From Nitrosopumilus sp. (lineage in GTDB: Archaea > Thermoproteota > Nitrososphaeria > Nitrososphaerales > Nitrosopumilaceae), in the NCBI GenBank assembly GCA_965207445.1, contig CBDBLX010000002.1, forward strand, positions 1,911,849 to 1,975,848: DNA of 64,000 nt, in the 5' to 3' direction. Within the stretch, counting starts at the first letter, position 1. Each line of letters begins with the position of its first letter. Of the stretch, positions 21,501 to 36,500 are shown in pieces. The translations under genes were made by a program, and so were the position numbers. The notes under the pieces are model-generated. The model saw only the letters and a program-made list of their open reading frames with translations. It did no database searches and was not told the origin of the DNA.

Positions 21501-24500
21501 CCGTTGTATCTGGGCCGCTACGTTGTTAGAGTCATCCCGGCACGAGTATGTTACTGTATAATCCTGGACAACAGACGTGTCTACTGAGCTGCTGTCGTCA
21601 GTTAATGTGGGTGCGGTGTCAAACGAGTCAGTACAAGTGGCACTTGCATCAGTATAGGTGGCACCGCGCTGCACAGAGACCGTGGCGGCACCAGTCAGTG
21701 TGATGACAGGTGCAGTGGTGTCTGTCACCTCGACGCTGCGCGACACTTGCGTTGCAGCATTGTTTGCAGCATCAGTACAGTCGTATGTAACTACATAGGT
21801 TCCAAGCGTGCTTGGGTCTACAGTTTCACCGCCGACTGTGGCTGCCTTGTTCGGGTCGATGTTATCTTGACATATAGCGCCAGGTTCAGTGTACGTGCCG
21901 CCTGCCTCGACGCGTACAAGCGACGGGGTGGTGATGGATATGGTGGGTGGGGTGGTGTCAGGTACGACGGGTGCGGTGGGCGTGGTAGATGCAGTGTTGG
22001 ATGCGGGGCCCGTGCCCGCTATGTTAGTGGCATTGACGCGGAACTGGTATGCATTACCGTTAGTCAAGCCCGTGACAGTAGCAGAAGTTGTGCTCGTGAC
22101 TGGATTGCCTGCAAACGCAGTCCACGAGGCGGCGCTACTCTGCTTGTATTCAACTGCATATCCGGTGATCTCAGAGTTGCCGTCATTTTCAGGTGCAGAC
22201 CACGCCAGTTCTGCACGCGCGTTGCCCGCAGTGGCAGTTAGTCCCGTGGGGGCGTCAGGAGTCGTGTATACTTTGACTGTCCGTTGTATCTGGGCCGCTA
22301 CGTTGTTAGAGTCATCCCGGCACGAGTATGTTACTGTATAATCCTGGACAACAGACGTGTCTACTGAGCTGCTGTCGTCAGTTAATGTGGGTGTGGTGTC
22401 AAACGAGTCAGTACAAGTGGCACTTGCATCAGTATAGGTGGCACCGCGCTGCACAGAGACCGTGGCGGCACCAGTCAGTGTGATGACAGGTGCAGTGGTG
22501 TCTGTCACCTCGACGCTGCGCGACACTTGCGTTGCAGCATTGTTTGCAGCATCAGTACAGTCGTATGTAACTACATAGGTTCCAAGCGTGCTTGGGTCTA
22601 CAGTTTCACCGCCGACTGTGGCTGCCTTGTTCGGGTCGATGTTATCTTGACATATAGCGCCAGGTTCAGTGTACGTGCCGCCTGCCTCGACGCGTACAAG
22701 CGACGGGGTGGTGATGGATATGGTGGGTGGGGTGGTGTCAGGTACGACGGGTGCGGTGGGCGTGGTAGATGCAGTGTTGGATGCGGGGCCCGTGCCCGCT
22801 ATGTTAGTGGCATTGACGCGGAACTGGTATGCATTACCGTTAGTCAAGCCCGTGACAGTAGCAGAATGTGCTCGTGACTGGATTGCCTGCAAACGCAGTC
22901 CACGAGGCGGCGCTACTCTGCTTGTATTCAACTGCATATCCGGTGATCTCAGAGTTGCCGTCATTTTCAGGTGCAGACCACGCCAGTTCTGCACGCGCGT
23001 TGCCCGCAGTGGCAGTTAGTCCCGTGGGGGCGTCAGGAGTCGTGTATACTTTGACTGTCCGTTGTATCTGGGCCGCTACGTTGTTAGAGTCATCCCGGCA
23101 CGAGTATGTTACTGTATAATCCTGGACAACAGACGTGTCTACTGAGCTGCTGTCGTCAGTTAATGTGGGTGCGGTGTCAAACGAGTCAGTACAAGTGGCA
23201 CTTGCATCAGTATAGGTGGCACCGCGCTGCACAGAGACCGTGGCGGCACCAGTCAGTGTGATGACAGGTGCAGTGGTGTCTGTCACCTCGACGCTGCGCG
23301 ACACTTGCGTTGCAGCATTGTTTGCAGCATCAGTACAGTCGTATGTAACTACATAGGTTCCAAGCGTGCTTGGGTCTACAGTTTCACCGCCGACTGTGGC
23401 TGCCTTGTTCGGGTCGATGTTATCTTGACATATAGCGCCAGGTTCAGTGTACGTGCCGCCTGCCTCGACGCGTACAAGCGACGGGGTGGTGATGGATATG
23501 GTGGGTGGGGTGGTGTCAGGTACGACGGGTGCGGTGGGCGTGGTAGATGCAGTGTTGGATGCGGGGCCCGTGCCCGCTATGTTAGTGGCATTGACGCGGA
23601 ACTGGTATGCATTACCGTTAGTCAAGCCCGTGACAGTAGCAGAAGTTGTGCTCGTGACTGGATTGCCTGCAAACGCAGTCCACGAGGCGGCGCTACTCTG
23701 CTTGTATTCAACTGCATATCCGGTGATCTCAGAGTTGCCGTCATTTTCAGGTGCAGACCACGCCAGTTCTGCACGCGCGTTGCCCGCAGTGGCAGTTAGT
23801 CCCGTGGGGGCGTCAGGAGTCGTGTATACTTTGACTGTCCGTTGTATCTGGGCCGCTACGTTGTTAGAGTCATCCCGGCACGAGTATGTTACTGTATAAT
23901 CCTGGACAACAGACGTGTCTACTGAGCTGCTGTCGTCAGTTAATGTGGGTGCGGTGTCAAACGAGTCAGTACAAGTGGCACTTGCATCAGTATAGGTGGC
24001 ACCGCGCTGCACAGAGACCGTGGCGGCACCAGTCAGTGTGATGACAGGTGCAGTGGTGTCTGTCACCTCGACGCTGCGCGACACTTGCGTTGCAGCATTG
24101 TTTGCAGCATCAGTACAGTCGTATGTAACTACATAGGTTCCAAGCGTGCTTGGGTCTACAGTTTCACCGCCGACTGTGGCTGCCTTGTTCGGGTCGATGT
24201 TATCTTGACATATAGCGCCAGGTTCAGTGTACGTGCCGCCTGCCTCGACGCGTACAAGCGACGGGGTGGTGATGGATATGGTGGGTGGGGTGGTGTCAGG
24301 TACGACGGGTGCGGTGGGCGTGGCGGACGCTACATTTGAGGCGGGGCCCGTGCCGGCAGTGTTCATGGCATTGATGCGAAACTCGTACGTGACATCGTTT
24401 GTCAATCCCATGATGATAAGAGAACTGATCCCGGTAGTGAGGATGTTGCTGCCGGCAGGTGTGGTCCACGCGCCTCCGCCGGACCGTTGTTCTACCACAT

Positions 24501-27500
24501 AGCCGGTGACCGGAGAGCTGCCTTCATTTCTGGGTGCAGTCCACGACAATTCTACCCGCCCGTCGCCCGCTACGGCGGACAATCCTGTGGGCGGCCTGGG
24601 GGCAAGCGCCGAGTATACATCTAGTTCCAGTATGTTGGACTCGGCGCTCGGTATCCCATCATCGCTATGCGCCGAGCCTTCTGGTATGCTGATGCTCAAC
24701 AGTCCCGTCGCAGGATTGCGCACCTCAAAGGTATACACGCCGCTGCCAATCACCTGGACGCGTGTGTTGCCGTTTTCTGTCACATATATTCGACCAAACT
24801 CATCAACTGCGATCCCCTGGAGGGTATTGAACTGTCCCAGATTCGAACCCGGATTAGAGTCAGTCTGACCTATACTCGTGCCACTAGGATCAAACATGAG
24901 AACTCGGTTCCTAGAGTCAATTACAAATACATGACCAGTTGAGTTTACGGCCACCCCCCATGGGATCCATATGCCAGGTTTGACAGACTCGCCAAGCAGA
25001 CTGACAAATGTTCCGTTTGGGTGAATTATCTGGATACGATTGTTGGATTGATCAACTACCAAAAGACGGCCTGCAGAGTCTACGGCAACATCAACGGGTG
25101 CTCGGAATCGACCGTTCTCCGTTCCCTGCGTGCCAATCGTCTCTAGATACTGGCCTGTCGAATTAAACACGGCAATGTGGTTTTTTCGTGAATCTGCAAC
25201 AAAAATGTGGCCAGTAGAGTTTATGTCAAGTCCCAGGGGAGAGTCAAACGTATGGCCCCTGAGCTTGCCCAGATATGAGCCATCGGGGGAAAATATTTGG
25301 ACGTTTTTGTTGTCCCTGTCAGACACTAAAATGCGGTCAGTCGTGTTCTCCACAGCAATGCCATAAGGATAAGTGAATTCCCCGTTGCCCGTGCCTGTCT
25401 CGCCAAAGTAGCCAACGTATGATCCTGCCGAGTCGTATATCAGAATACGGTCCAATTGTAATTCTGCGACAAACACGTGTCCCGTAGAGTTTACTGCAAC
25501 ACCACGCGGAAAGTTAATTGAGACGGTGCCGTTTCCTAATGTGCGCGTCTCGGGCGCTACCACATTGTGAGCCATACCAGAAGATACAGATATATCAGAT
25601 GCATCAAACCCCGTGACACGCTCGTCAAATCTAGCTCCTACCAATATGATATCCTGCTGAACAGGACTCGTCACATGTGTAAATATATCCACCATGGGGC
25701 TGTTCACAGGATCAAATACGGTTACAAGCACATTTTCGTGCGCCGTGCCTCCCGTCCGGCCGTCATCGACGGTGAATCTTATTGTATGCTCTCCCAGATC
25801 AGTGACGGCGGGGGTCCACCTGAATGTGGCAGTCCGGTCAGATCCCGTTATCGTTCCCACAGTCCCGTTGCGCGCCCAAGACAACGTATCAGGCGGATCG
25901 TCGGCATCCTCAGCAGACATTGTAATGACCAACTCGCGACCATACCCGACAAAACGGTCCTCGATATCCTCAATTACAGGGGCCTCGTTTGTCTCTGATA
26001 CTGTAATTACCAGATTCTGAGTGCCTGTGTTGTTATACGGGTCGGTGGCAGATATCGTTATACGATATGTGCCGCCGCCATGCTGCTCTCCGGGCGTCCA
26101 GGATAACGTGCTGCCTGATATTGCAGGTACAACAGTAGTGTCCACCACGTTGTGCGATAATATGGCAAATGAGACGCCGGGCTCGTCTGCCTCCAAGGTA
26201 TGGGTGCCCTCAGTGTGCTCTTCAAACGTCGCAGTGGCAGCAGACGTGATTATAGGCGCCGTGACATCAGTGACCGTTATGGTGACATTTTCGCTGTCGG
26301 TGCCACCGTTGCCGTCGTCAACTGTAAACATGACCACAGTCGTACCCACATCAGCATGCACGGGTGTCCATGTGTACGTACTACCCTCAATTGTACCGGC
26401 CGTGTGGTTGGAAGTGTATGTCAACGTATTGGTAGGGACGTCGGCGTCAGTGGCAGATAGTGAAATTGAGAGTTGGTTGCCGACTGTCGCGGACTGATCG
26501 TCAATTGTAATAATTTCAGGAGGCTCGTTTGTCTCCGATACAAGAATTAAGAGTTGCTGAGCGCCTACATTGTTTGATGCATCACGAGCAGATATCGTTA
26601 TACGATATGTGCCGCCGCCATGCTGCTCTCCGGGCGTCCAGGATAACGTGCTGCCTGATATTGTCGGTACAACAGTAGTACCCGTCACGTTGTGCGATGA
26701 TATGGTAAATGCGACGCCGGACTCATCTGCCTCCAGAGTGTGGGTGCCTTCAGCGCGCTCTGCAAACGTGATGGTAGCAGCAGACGTGATTGTAGGGGCG
26801 CGGTCGTCACCAGTAAAGGCCGGCGTGGCAGGTACGACGGCAGATGCTGGACCCGTGCCTGCCGCATTTGTGGCATTTACGCGGAACTGGTACATTTGAC
26901 CGTTTGTCAGGCCCGTGACTACAACGTCCGTATCAGTAGAGATATCGTCTGCAAATGTAATCCACGTTGTACCAGAGTCCGAGCTGTGCTGTATAATGTA
27001 ATCAGTTATCGTAGAGCCACCATCACCTGCAGGTTCACTCCAGGTCAACAAAACCTGCTCGTTGCCTACAGCGGCGACCAAATTAGCGGGAGCCAGCGGG
27101 ACCGTGATCGGGATGGCAGATGCCGTACCAGAAGCTGGACCCGTGCCTGCCGCATTTGTGGCATTTACGCGGAACTGGTACATTTGACCGTTTGTCAGTC
27201 CCGTGACTACAACGTCCGTATCAGTAGAGATATCGTCTGCAAATGTAATCCACGTTGTACCAGAGTCCGAGCTGTGCTGTATAATGTAATCAGTTATTGC
27301 AGAGCCGCCGTTATCTGTGGGCTCAGTCCATGTCAGCTCGACTTGCGCGTTGCCCGCGACGGCAGCTAGCCCCGTGGGGGCCGCCGGGATGATTCGCGGC
27401 GTGGCAGGTACGACGGCAGATGCGGGACCCGTGCCTGCTGCGTTTGTAGCGTTTACACGAAACTCATACTGTTGCCTGTTTGTCAGTCCCATAACTACAA

Positions 27501-30500
27501 CGTCAGTATCAGTAGAGATGTCGTCTGCAAATGTAATCCACGTCGCATTGACTCTTCTGTACTCTATGGTATAATCAGTAATTACAGAGTTGCCATCATC
27601 TGTGGGCGCAGTCCACGACAGCTCAACTTGCCCATTACCAGATATGGCAGATAATCCGGTAGGCGCGCCCGGCGTCGTATATACGCTGACGATTCTAGAT
27701 ATGTCAGGGGACTGGTTGCCAGAAGCGTCTCGGCACGAATATGTAATTGTATAATTTCCAGCGGCCGACGTGTCTACTGTACTGTCAACATCATCTGTCA
27801 GTACGGGCGATGGGTCAGACACATCCACACACGTGGCGCCCGCATCAGAGTATGTCTCACCCACGACTAAAAAGACAGAGGGGATACCGTCAAGTGTCAG
27901 TGTGGGAGGTACGGTATCAAATACATTGACGAGTTGGTTGGTAGTACCGGTGTTGCCCCAGGGATCCGTGGCTGTCCATCGTATCAGATGGGTACCGACT
28001 ACAAACTGTGCCGTAACGTCTTCTGTTGCCTGTTGGGGTGCACCAGTAGCATTATGTGTCACGACATAGGGGCCCCCGTAAACGTCAGATATGCCCGGAA
28101 ATCCGAGTGGGACATCTGTCACAGTTCCCGTGGACTCTACTGTCACATCAGATATGGAGATTGCAGGCGACACATTGTCAAAGTCAAATTCAGAGAGTTT
28201 GATCTTGACCACATATGGAAGATCGCGGTCGGCCACAAGCACATAATCACTAATGACCACAACGTCAAACGGATCGCCAAACGGCTTGATTCCGGCGCCT
28301 TGCCCACCCCACGAGGCGCCAAAGACACCCGCAGGGGAGAATGCCGATATACGATGGTTTTGACTGTCTGCTGTAAACAGGTGAGGCGATCCGGATACCA
28401 TACCCCGCACGGCGGCAAACTCACCTTGGCCGGTGCCGCTGCGACCAAACTCTGATATATAATCTCCAGAATGATCAAACACCTGCACTATATCCCGGTT
28501 GCGGTCTGCCACGTAGATGTGCATGTCATTGACTGCAATGCCCGTGGGGTTTTGGAACTGGCCGTTGCCAAAACCGTTGCCGCCGAACTTTGTGACAAAT
28601 GTGCCGTTGGTGTAAAATATCTGAACATCGTCTCGTGTGATATCCGATACAAAGACGTGCGTAGAGTTGGCCGCGATGCCAGTGGGATTTCGGAACGTAC
28701 CGTTGACAGTGCCGGTGCCGGTGCCGCCGAACTTTGTGACAAATGCCCCAGTGTCGGCTCGGAACACATGGATGAGATCCCGCACGTTGTCTGACACAAA
28801 GACAAACTCAGAGTTGGCCGCGATGGCAGTAGGACTTTGGAACTGGCCATTTGCATTACCCTGACTGCCAAACTTTGAGAGATAGTTGCCATTATAATCA
28901 AGTATTTGCACGTCCCGGCGCTGAGAATCCAGCACAAATATCTTCTCAGCATTGGCCGTAATTGAGCGTACAGTCTGGAACTGCCCTTCGCCGCTACCCT
29001 TGATTATATCCCCGGCAAATGCGTGCGGATAGTTATCAAACACTCTGACCTCGTTGCCACCTCCTGTATCTGCCACAAATGTGTGGAACCTGACAGTTGC
29101 AACGCCCGTCGGATCATACAGTTGTCCTGCGCCGGTGTGGTCTAGTGTGCCCACATAGTTTCCTGACAGGTCAAACAGCTGTACGTCTTTTCGGACGGTA
29201 TCCATCACCGTGACGTGCAGTGGGTCGACTGTTATGCCTGCAGGTTTTAGGAACTCTCCAGGTGCAGTACCGTTGCCGCCAAAACTTGATATGTGATTTC
29301 GCGTGTCAGCATCAAATATGTGCACTCTGTTGTTCTCAGTGTCCGTCACAAAGACATATGTGGGACTGGCCGCGACTGCGCGTGGTTCTTCGAGAGATGA
29401 GTGTGCAAGGGTTCCAACAAATCTGCCGGCGTGGTTAAACACCTGCACATCATCCTGCCGGCTGTCAGTCACAAACAGATGATTTTCGTTGGCCGCCATC
29501 TTCAAAACTTTGCGAAAAGCCCCGTCAGGAGAGTCCCTGGTAGCCAGGTCTACAGACGGTATACGTTTTCCTTTAAATTCTTTTATTTTAGAACCAGAGT
29601 GATCAAATATTCCTATCTCATAAAAGAAATATCCAATTTGTGCATTGCCTTGCTGTCCCCCGAGATCGCGCGATACGAACACTTTATCTGAGGAGACTGC
29701 GATGTTGCGCGCGTTAGAAGGGGTGTTGTATTCATGGACGGGTTGGCCGCGCTCATCAAATATCTCGACACGTGCGCCATCCAGCACAAATACGTGCGTA
29801 GAGTTGGACCCCACGTCACGAGGGTTTTTAAATGTGTTGGCAGTATCATCAACGTTGTATACGAACTGCGGGATTACCAAATTTGCACGCATAATGTCAC
29901 CAATTCCAGGAGATTCGGACACTGTTATCGTAACGGCTACTGCGTCAGTGCCTCCGGCTCCGTCATCTACTGTAAATTGAATAATATGATCAGCAATGTG
30001 CGCAGACGACGGGGTCCAGGTGAACATAGAAGTTCTGGCATCTATGGCAGTTATCTCACCGAGATTGCCGGTGCGCGTGTATGTTAGGGTGTCTGCCGGG
30101 GTGTCCGGATCGGCGGCTGCTAGTATAAGCACAAATTCTCTGCCGGATACGGCGTTTTGCGGTCCTATCTGTGAAAACACCGGATGTGTATTTGTCTCAG
30201 ATACCATAATTGTCAGATTCTGAACGCCCACGTTGTTTGCCGCATCGGTGGCAGATATTTCTATGTGGTATGTGTTACCACCGTGCAGCTCGCCGGGCGT
30301 CCAGGATAACGTGTTGCCTGATATTGTCGGTATAATGGTAGTAGTGTTGCCCATCACGTTGTGCGATGACGTGATGGCAAACGTGACGCCTGGCTCGTCT
30401 GCCATCAAAGTGTGGGTGCCCGCAGTATGCTCTGCAAACGTGATTGTAGCAGCAGACGTGATTGTGGGTACGATAAAGTCACCCGTGCTGACAGGCGTGA

Positions 30501-33500
30501 CAGATACGATATTAGATGCGGGGCCCGTACCCGCTATGTTGGTAGCATTTACACGAATCTCATACTGACGGTCGTTTTGCAGTTCCGTTATAATGACAGT
30601 CGTACTAGAGGCAGGTATGTCATCATCAAATATAACCCACGAGGAGACGCCATCAGGTCTGTACTCGACTGTATAGTAAGTTATCGCGGAGCCCCCGTCA
30701 TCGACAGGCTCAGTCCACGACAGCAAAACGTGCTTGTTGCCCGCATTGACAGTCAGTATGGTCGGGGCTCCCGGAACGGTACGCGTTATGGAAGTTATCA
30801 CATCAGATGCGGGGCCCGTACCTGCTGCATTTGTAGCACTCACGCGGAACTGATACGGTATCATGTTTGCCAGCCTCGTGACATTGACATTGGTCTCATC
30901 AGAAACTCCGTCTGCAAATATGGTCCACGTCACGCCTGCATCCGCACTATACTCTATGGTATAATCAGTAATTACAGAGTTGCCATCATCTGTGGGCGCA
31001 GTCCACGAAAGTTCAACTTGCTCATCGCCTGCAGTGGCAGATAATCCAGTAGGCGCGCCCGGCGTCGTATATACGCTGACGGTTCTAGATATGTCAGGGG
31101 CATGGTTGCCAGAAGCGTCTCGGCACGAATATGTAATTGTATAATCCCCGGCAGCTGACGTGTCCACAGCAGCAGCACCGTCGCCCCTGACTGTCAGTAT
31201 GGGTGAGGGGTCAGACACATCCACACACGTGGCGCCCGCATCAGAATATGTCTCACCCACGACTAAAAAGACAGAGGGGATGCCGTCAAGTGTCAGCATG
31301 GGAGGTACGGTATCAAATACATTGACGAGTTGGTTGGTAGTACCGGTGTTGCCCCAGGGATCCGTGGCAGTCCATCGTATCAGATGGGTACCGACTGCAA
31401 ACTGTGCCGTAACGTCTTCTGTGGCCTGTTGGGATGCACCAGTAGCATTATGTGTCACGACATAAGGTCCCCCGTAAACGTCCGATATGCCCGGAAATCC
31501 GAGTGGGACATCTGTCACAGTTCCCGTGGACTCTACTGTCACATCAGATATGGAGATTGCAGGCGACACATTGTCAAAGTCAAATTCAGAGAGTTTGATC
31601 TTGACCACATATGGAAGATCGCGGTCGGCCACAAGCACATAATCACTAATGGCTACAACGTCAAACGGATCGCCAAACGGCTTGATTCCAGAGGGGCCTT
31701 GTCCACCCCACGAGGCGCCAAAGACTCCCGCAGGGGAGAATGCCGATATACGATGGTTTTGACTGTCTGCTGTAAACAGGTGAGGCGATCCGGATACCAT
31801 ACCCCGCACGGCGGCAAACTCACCTTGGCCGGTGCCGCTGCGGCCAAACTTGGATATATAATCTCCAGAATGATCAAACACCTGCACTATATCCCGGTTG
31901 CGGTCTGCCACGTAGATGTGCATGTCGTTGACTGCAATGCCCGTGGGGTTTTGGAACTGGCCGTTGCCAAAGCCGTTGCCGCCGAACTTTGTGACAAAGG
32001 TGCCATTGGTGTAAAATATCTGAACATCGTCTCGTGTGATATCAGAGACAAAGACGTGCGTAGAGTTGGCAGCAATGCCAGTGGGGTTTCGGAACGTGCC
32101 GTTGACAGTACCGGTGCCGCCGAACTTTTTGACAAATGCCCCAGTGTCGGCTCGGAACACATGGATGAGATCCCGCGCGTTGTCTGACACAAAGACAAAC
32201 TCAGAGTTGGCCGCGATGGCAGTAGGGTTTTGGAACTGGCCATTTGCATTACCATGACTGCCAAACTTTGAGAGATAGTTGCCATTATAATCAAGTATTT
32301 GCACGTCCCGGCGCTGAGAATCCAGCACAAATATCTTCTCAGCATTGGCCGTAATTGAGCGTATATTCTGGAACTGCCCTTCGCCATTACCCTTGATTAT
32401 ATCCCCGGCAAATGCGTGCGGATAGTTATCAAACACTCTGACCTCGTTGCCACCCCCAGTATCTGCCACAAATGTGTGGAACCTGACAGTTGCAACGCCC
32501 GTCGGATCATACAGTTGTCCTGCGCCGGTGTGGTCTAGTGTGCCCACATAGTTTCCTGACAGGTCAAACAGCTGTACGTCTTTGCGGACGGTATCCATCA
32601 CCGTGACGTGCAACGGGCTGACGGCTATGCCTGTCGGGTTTAGGAACTCTCCGGGTGCAGTACCGTTGCCGCCAAAACTTGATATGTGATTTCGCGTGCC
32701 GGCATCAAATATGTGCACCTTGTTGTTCTCAGTGTCCGTCACAAAGACGTGCGTGGGACTGGCCGCGACTGCGTACGGCTTTCCCAAAGATGAGTTTGCA
32801 AGGGCTCCAACAAATCTGCCGGCGTGTTCAAACACCTGCACATCATCCTGCCTGTTGTCAACTATAAACACGCGGTTTTCATTGGCCGCAATATTCAAGA
32901 CCTCCCGAAATGCCCCATCAGGCGAGTCGCGTGTATCCAGGTTTATCGAAGGTATGTTCTTGCTGCGAATCTTACCCGAATCGGAGCCTAAATGATCATA
33001 CACATTAATCTCAGAGAATTGGTAGCCAATCTGAGCATTACCTATTCTGTTTGGAAGGTCGCGCGCCACAAACACTTTGTCTGAGGAGACTGCGATGTTG
33101 CGCGCGTTAGAAGCGGTGTCAAATTGATAGGTGGGCTGGCCGCGCTCGTCAAATATCTCGACACGTGTGTTATCCAGCACGAATACATGCGTAGAGTTGG
33201 ACCCCACGTCACGCGGGTTGTTAAATGTGTTGGCAGTGTCATTGACATTGTATGTAAATTTTGGTACTAACAGGGCAGGATCTGGAGAGTCAGGGCCTGG
33301 ACGTGACACTGGTATTGCAACATGTATTGTGTCAGTGCCGCCGGACCCGTCGTCTACTGTAAATTGTATAGTCTGGTCAACTACGGACCGGGGAGTCCAG
33401 GTGAACATGGCGGTCCTGTTATCCGTAGCAGTTATTGTACCCAAACTGCCAAAGCGCGTGTATGTCAAGGGGTCGGCCGGAATGTCTGGATCGGCGGCTG

Positions 33501-36500
33501 CCAGTACGAGGGTAAACTGCCTGCCAGATACTGCGTTTTGCGGTCCTATCTGTGAAAACATCGGACTCGTATTTGTCTCAGATACCATAATTATCAGATT
33601 ATGATATCCCACGTTGTTTACCGCATCGGTGGCAGATATTTCTATGTGGTATGTGTTGCCACCGTGCAGCTCTCCGGGCGTCCAGGATAACGTGTTGCCT
33701 GATATTATCGGTACGGACGTACCCGTCACGGTGTGCGATACGATGGCAAATGTGACGCCTGGTTCGTTTGCCATCAAGGTGTGGGTGCCCGCAGTATGCT
33801 CTGCAAACGTGATGGTGGCAGCAGACGTGACAGTCGGCGGTGTGGCATCGGCCGTGGCAAGAGGGGTGGCAGATACCGTATCAGATGCGGGTCCCGTGCC
33901 TGCCACGTTTGTGGCGTTGATGCGAAACTGGTACTGTATGCCGTTTGTCAGATTTGTGACGGTGGCATTAGTGTCAGTCGAGACGTCATCGGCAAATATA
34001 CGCCACGTTGTGCCGGCATCTGAGCTGTACTGTATAATGTAATCAGTTATTGCAGAGCCACCGTCATCTGTGGGTTCAGTCCACGTCAATACGACGCGCT
34101 CGTTGCCTATGGTAGCGGCAAGTGAGGTCGGGGCGCCCGGAGCGCCGCGCGGTGTTGAAGACACCACATTAGAGGCGGGGCCCGTGCCTGCCACGTTTGT
34201 GGCGTTGACGCGAAACTGGTACTGTATGCCGTTTGTCAGATTTGTGACGGTGGCATTAGTGTCAGTCGAGACGTCATCGGCAAATATACGCCACGTTGTG
34301 CCGGCATCTGAGCTGTACTGTATAATGTAATCAGTTATTGCAGAGCCACCGTCATCTGTGGGTTCAGTCCACGTCAATACGACGCGCTCGTTGCCTATGG
34401 TAGCGGCAAGTGAGGTCGGGGCGCCCGGAGCGCCGCGCGGTGTTGAAGACGCCACATTAGAGGCGGGGCCCGTGCCTGCCACGTTTGTGGCGTTGACGCG
34501 AAACTGGTATGATTGCTCTTTGGTCAGATTCCGTGACGGTGGCATTAGTGTCAGTCGAGACGTCATCGGCAAATATACGCCACGTTGTGCCGGCATCTGA
34601 GCTGTACTGTATAATGTAATCAGTTATTGCAGAGCCACCGTCATCTGTGGGTTCAGTCCACGTCAATACGACGCGCTCGTTGCCTATGGTAGCGGCAAGT
34701 GAGGTCGGGGCGCCCGGAGCGCCGCGCGGTGTTGAAGACGCCACATTAGAGGCGGGGCCCGTGCCTGCCGTGTTTGTGGCACTTGCTCGAAACTCGTACT
34801 GTATGCCATTTGTCAGATTTGTGACGGTGGCATTAGTGGTGCCGGTGACCGGATTGCCTGAAAACGTGGTCCACGAGGTGACTCCGCTTTGCTTGTACTC
34901 GACTACATAGCCAGTTATTGCAGAGCCGCCGACATCTGAGGGGGCAGTCCACGACAGCTCAACTTGCTCGTCGCCCGCTACGGCGGACAATCCTGTGGGC
35001 GGCGCGGGGGCAAGTGTCGGGAAGACCTCTAGTTCCAGTATGTTGGACTCGGCGCTCAATGTTCCACCGCCCCCTTGTGCTGAGCCTCCCGGTATGCTGA
35101 TGCTCAACAGTCCCGTCGCAGGATTGTGCACCTCAAAGGTATACACACCGCTGCCAAACACCTGGACGCGAGGGTTGCCATTTTCTGTCACGTATATACG
35201 ACCAAACTCATCAACTACGATTCCCTGAGGAGTAAAAAACTCTCCCAGATTCGAACCCGGATTAGAGTCAGTCGGACCTATACTCGTGCCACTAGGATCA
35301 AACATGAGAACTCGGTTCCTAGCGTCAATTACAAATACATGACCAGTTGAGTTTACGGCCACCCCGTATGGGATCCATATGCGAGGTTTGACAGACTCGC
35401 CAAGTAGACTGACAAATGTTCCATTTGGGTGAATTATCTGGATGCGATTGTTAGACTGATCAACTACCAAAAGACGGCCTGCAGGGTCTACGGCAACATC
35501 AACGGGTGCTCGGAACCGGCCGTTCTCTGTTCCCTGCGTGCCAATCGTCTCTAGATAATGGCCTGTCGAATTAAACACGGCAATGCGGTGTTCTCGTGAA
35601 TCTGCAACAAAAATGTGGCCAGTAGAGTTTATGTCAAGTCCCAGGGGGATGCCAAACGTATGGCCCCTGAGCTTGCCCAGATATGAGCCGTCGGGGGAAA
35701 ATATTTGGACATTTTTGTTGTCCCTGTCAGACACTAAAATGCGGTCAGTTGTGTTATCCACCGCAATGCCATAAGGATTATTGAATTCCCCGTTGCCCCT
35801 GCCTGTCTGGCCAAAGTAGCCAACGTATGATCCTGCCGAGTCATATATCAGAACACGGTCCGATGCCACTTCTGCGACAAACACGTGTCCCGTAGAGTTG
35901 ACTGCCACCCCGCGCGGATGGAGAATTCGTGGGGAGGTGTCATTTCCAAGCGTGTGCGTCTCTGGTGCTGCCAGGTTGTGCACGATGCCAGAAGATACAG
36001 ATATGTCAGATGCATCAAACCCCGTGACACGCTCGCTAAACCTGGCGCCTACCAATATTATATCCTTCTGGACTGGGCTCGTCACAGGGGTGAAGATAGA
36101 GACAAGAGGAGTGCTCTCAGGGTCATATACGGTTATAGTCACATGTTCGTGTGCCGTTCCTCCCGTCCGGCCGTCATCGACGGTGAATCTTATTGTGTGA
36201 TCTCCTAGATCAGTTATGGCGGGGGTCCACCTGAATGTGGCAGTCCGGTCAGATCCCGTTATCGTTCCCACAGTTCCGTCGTGCGACCAAGATAGCGTGT
36301 CAGCAGGCTCATCAATGTCCGTAGCAGACAGGGTTATGACAATCTCATGGTCGTATCCGATAAAACGATTCTCAATATTCGTAATTATAGGAGGGTCGTT
36401 TGTCTCCGATACTACAAGTGTCAGATTCTGAGCATCCATGTTATTAGACAGGTCAGTAGCAGTTATCTCCACGCCGTATATGTTGCCGCCATGCTGCTCT

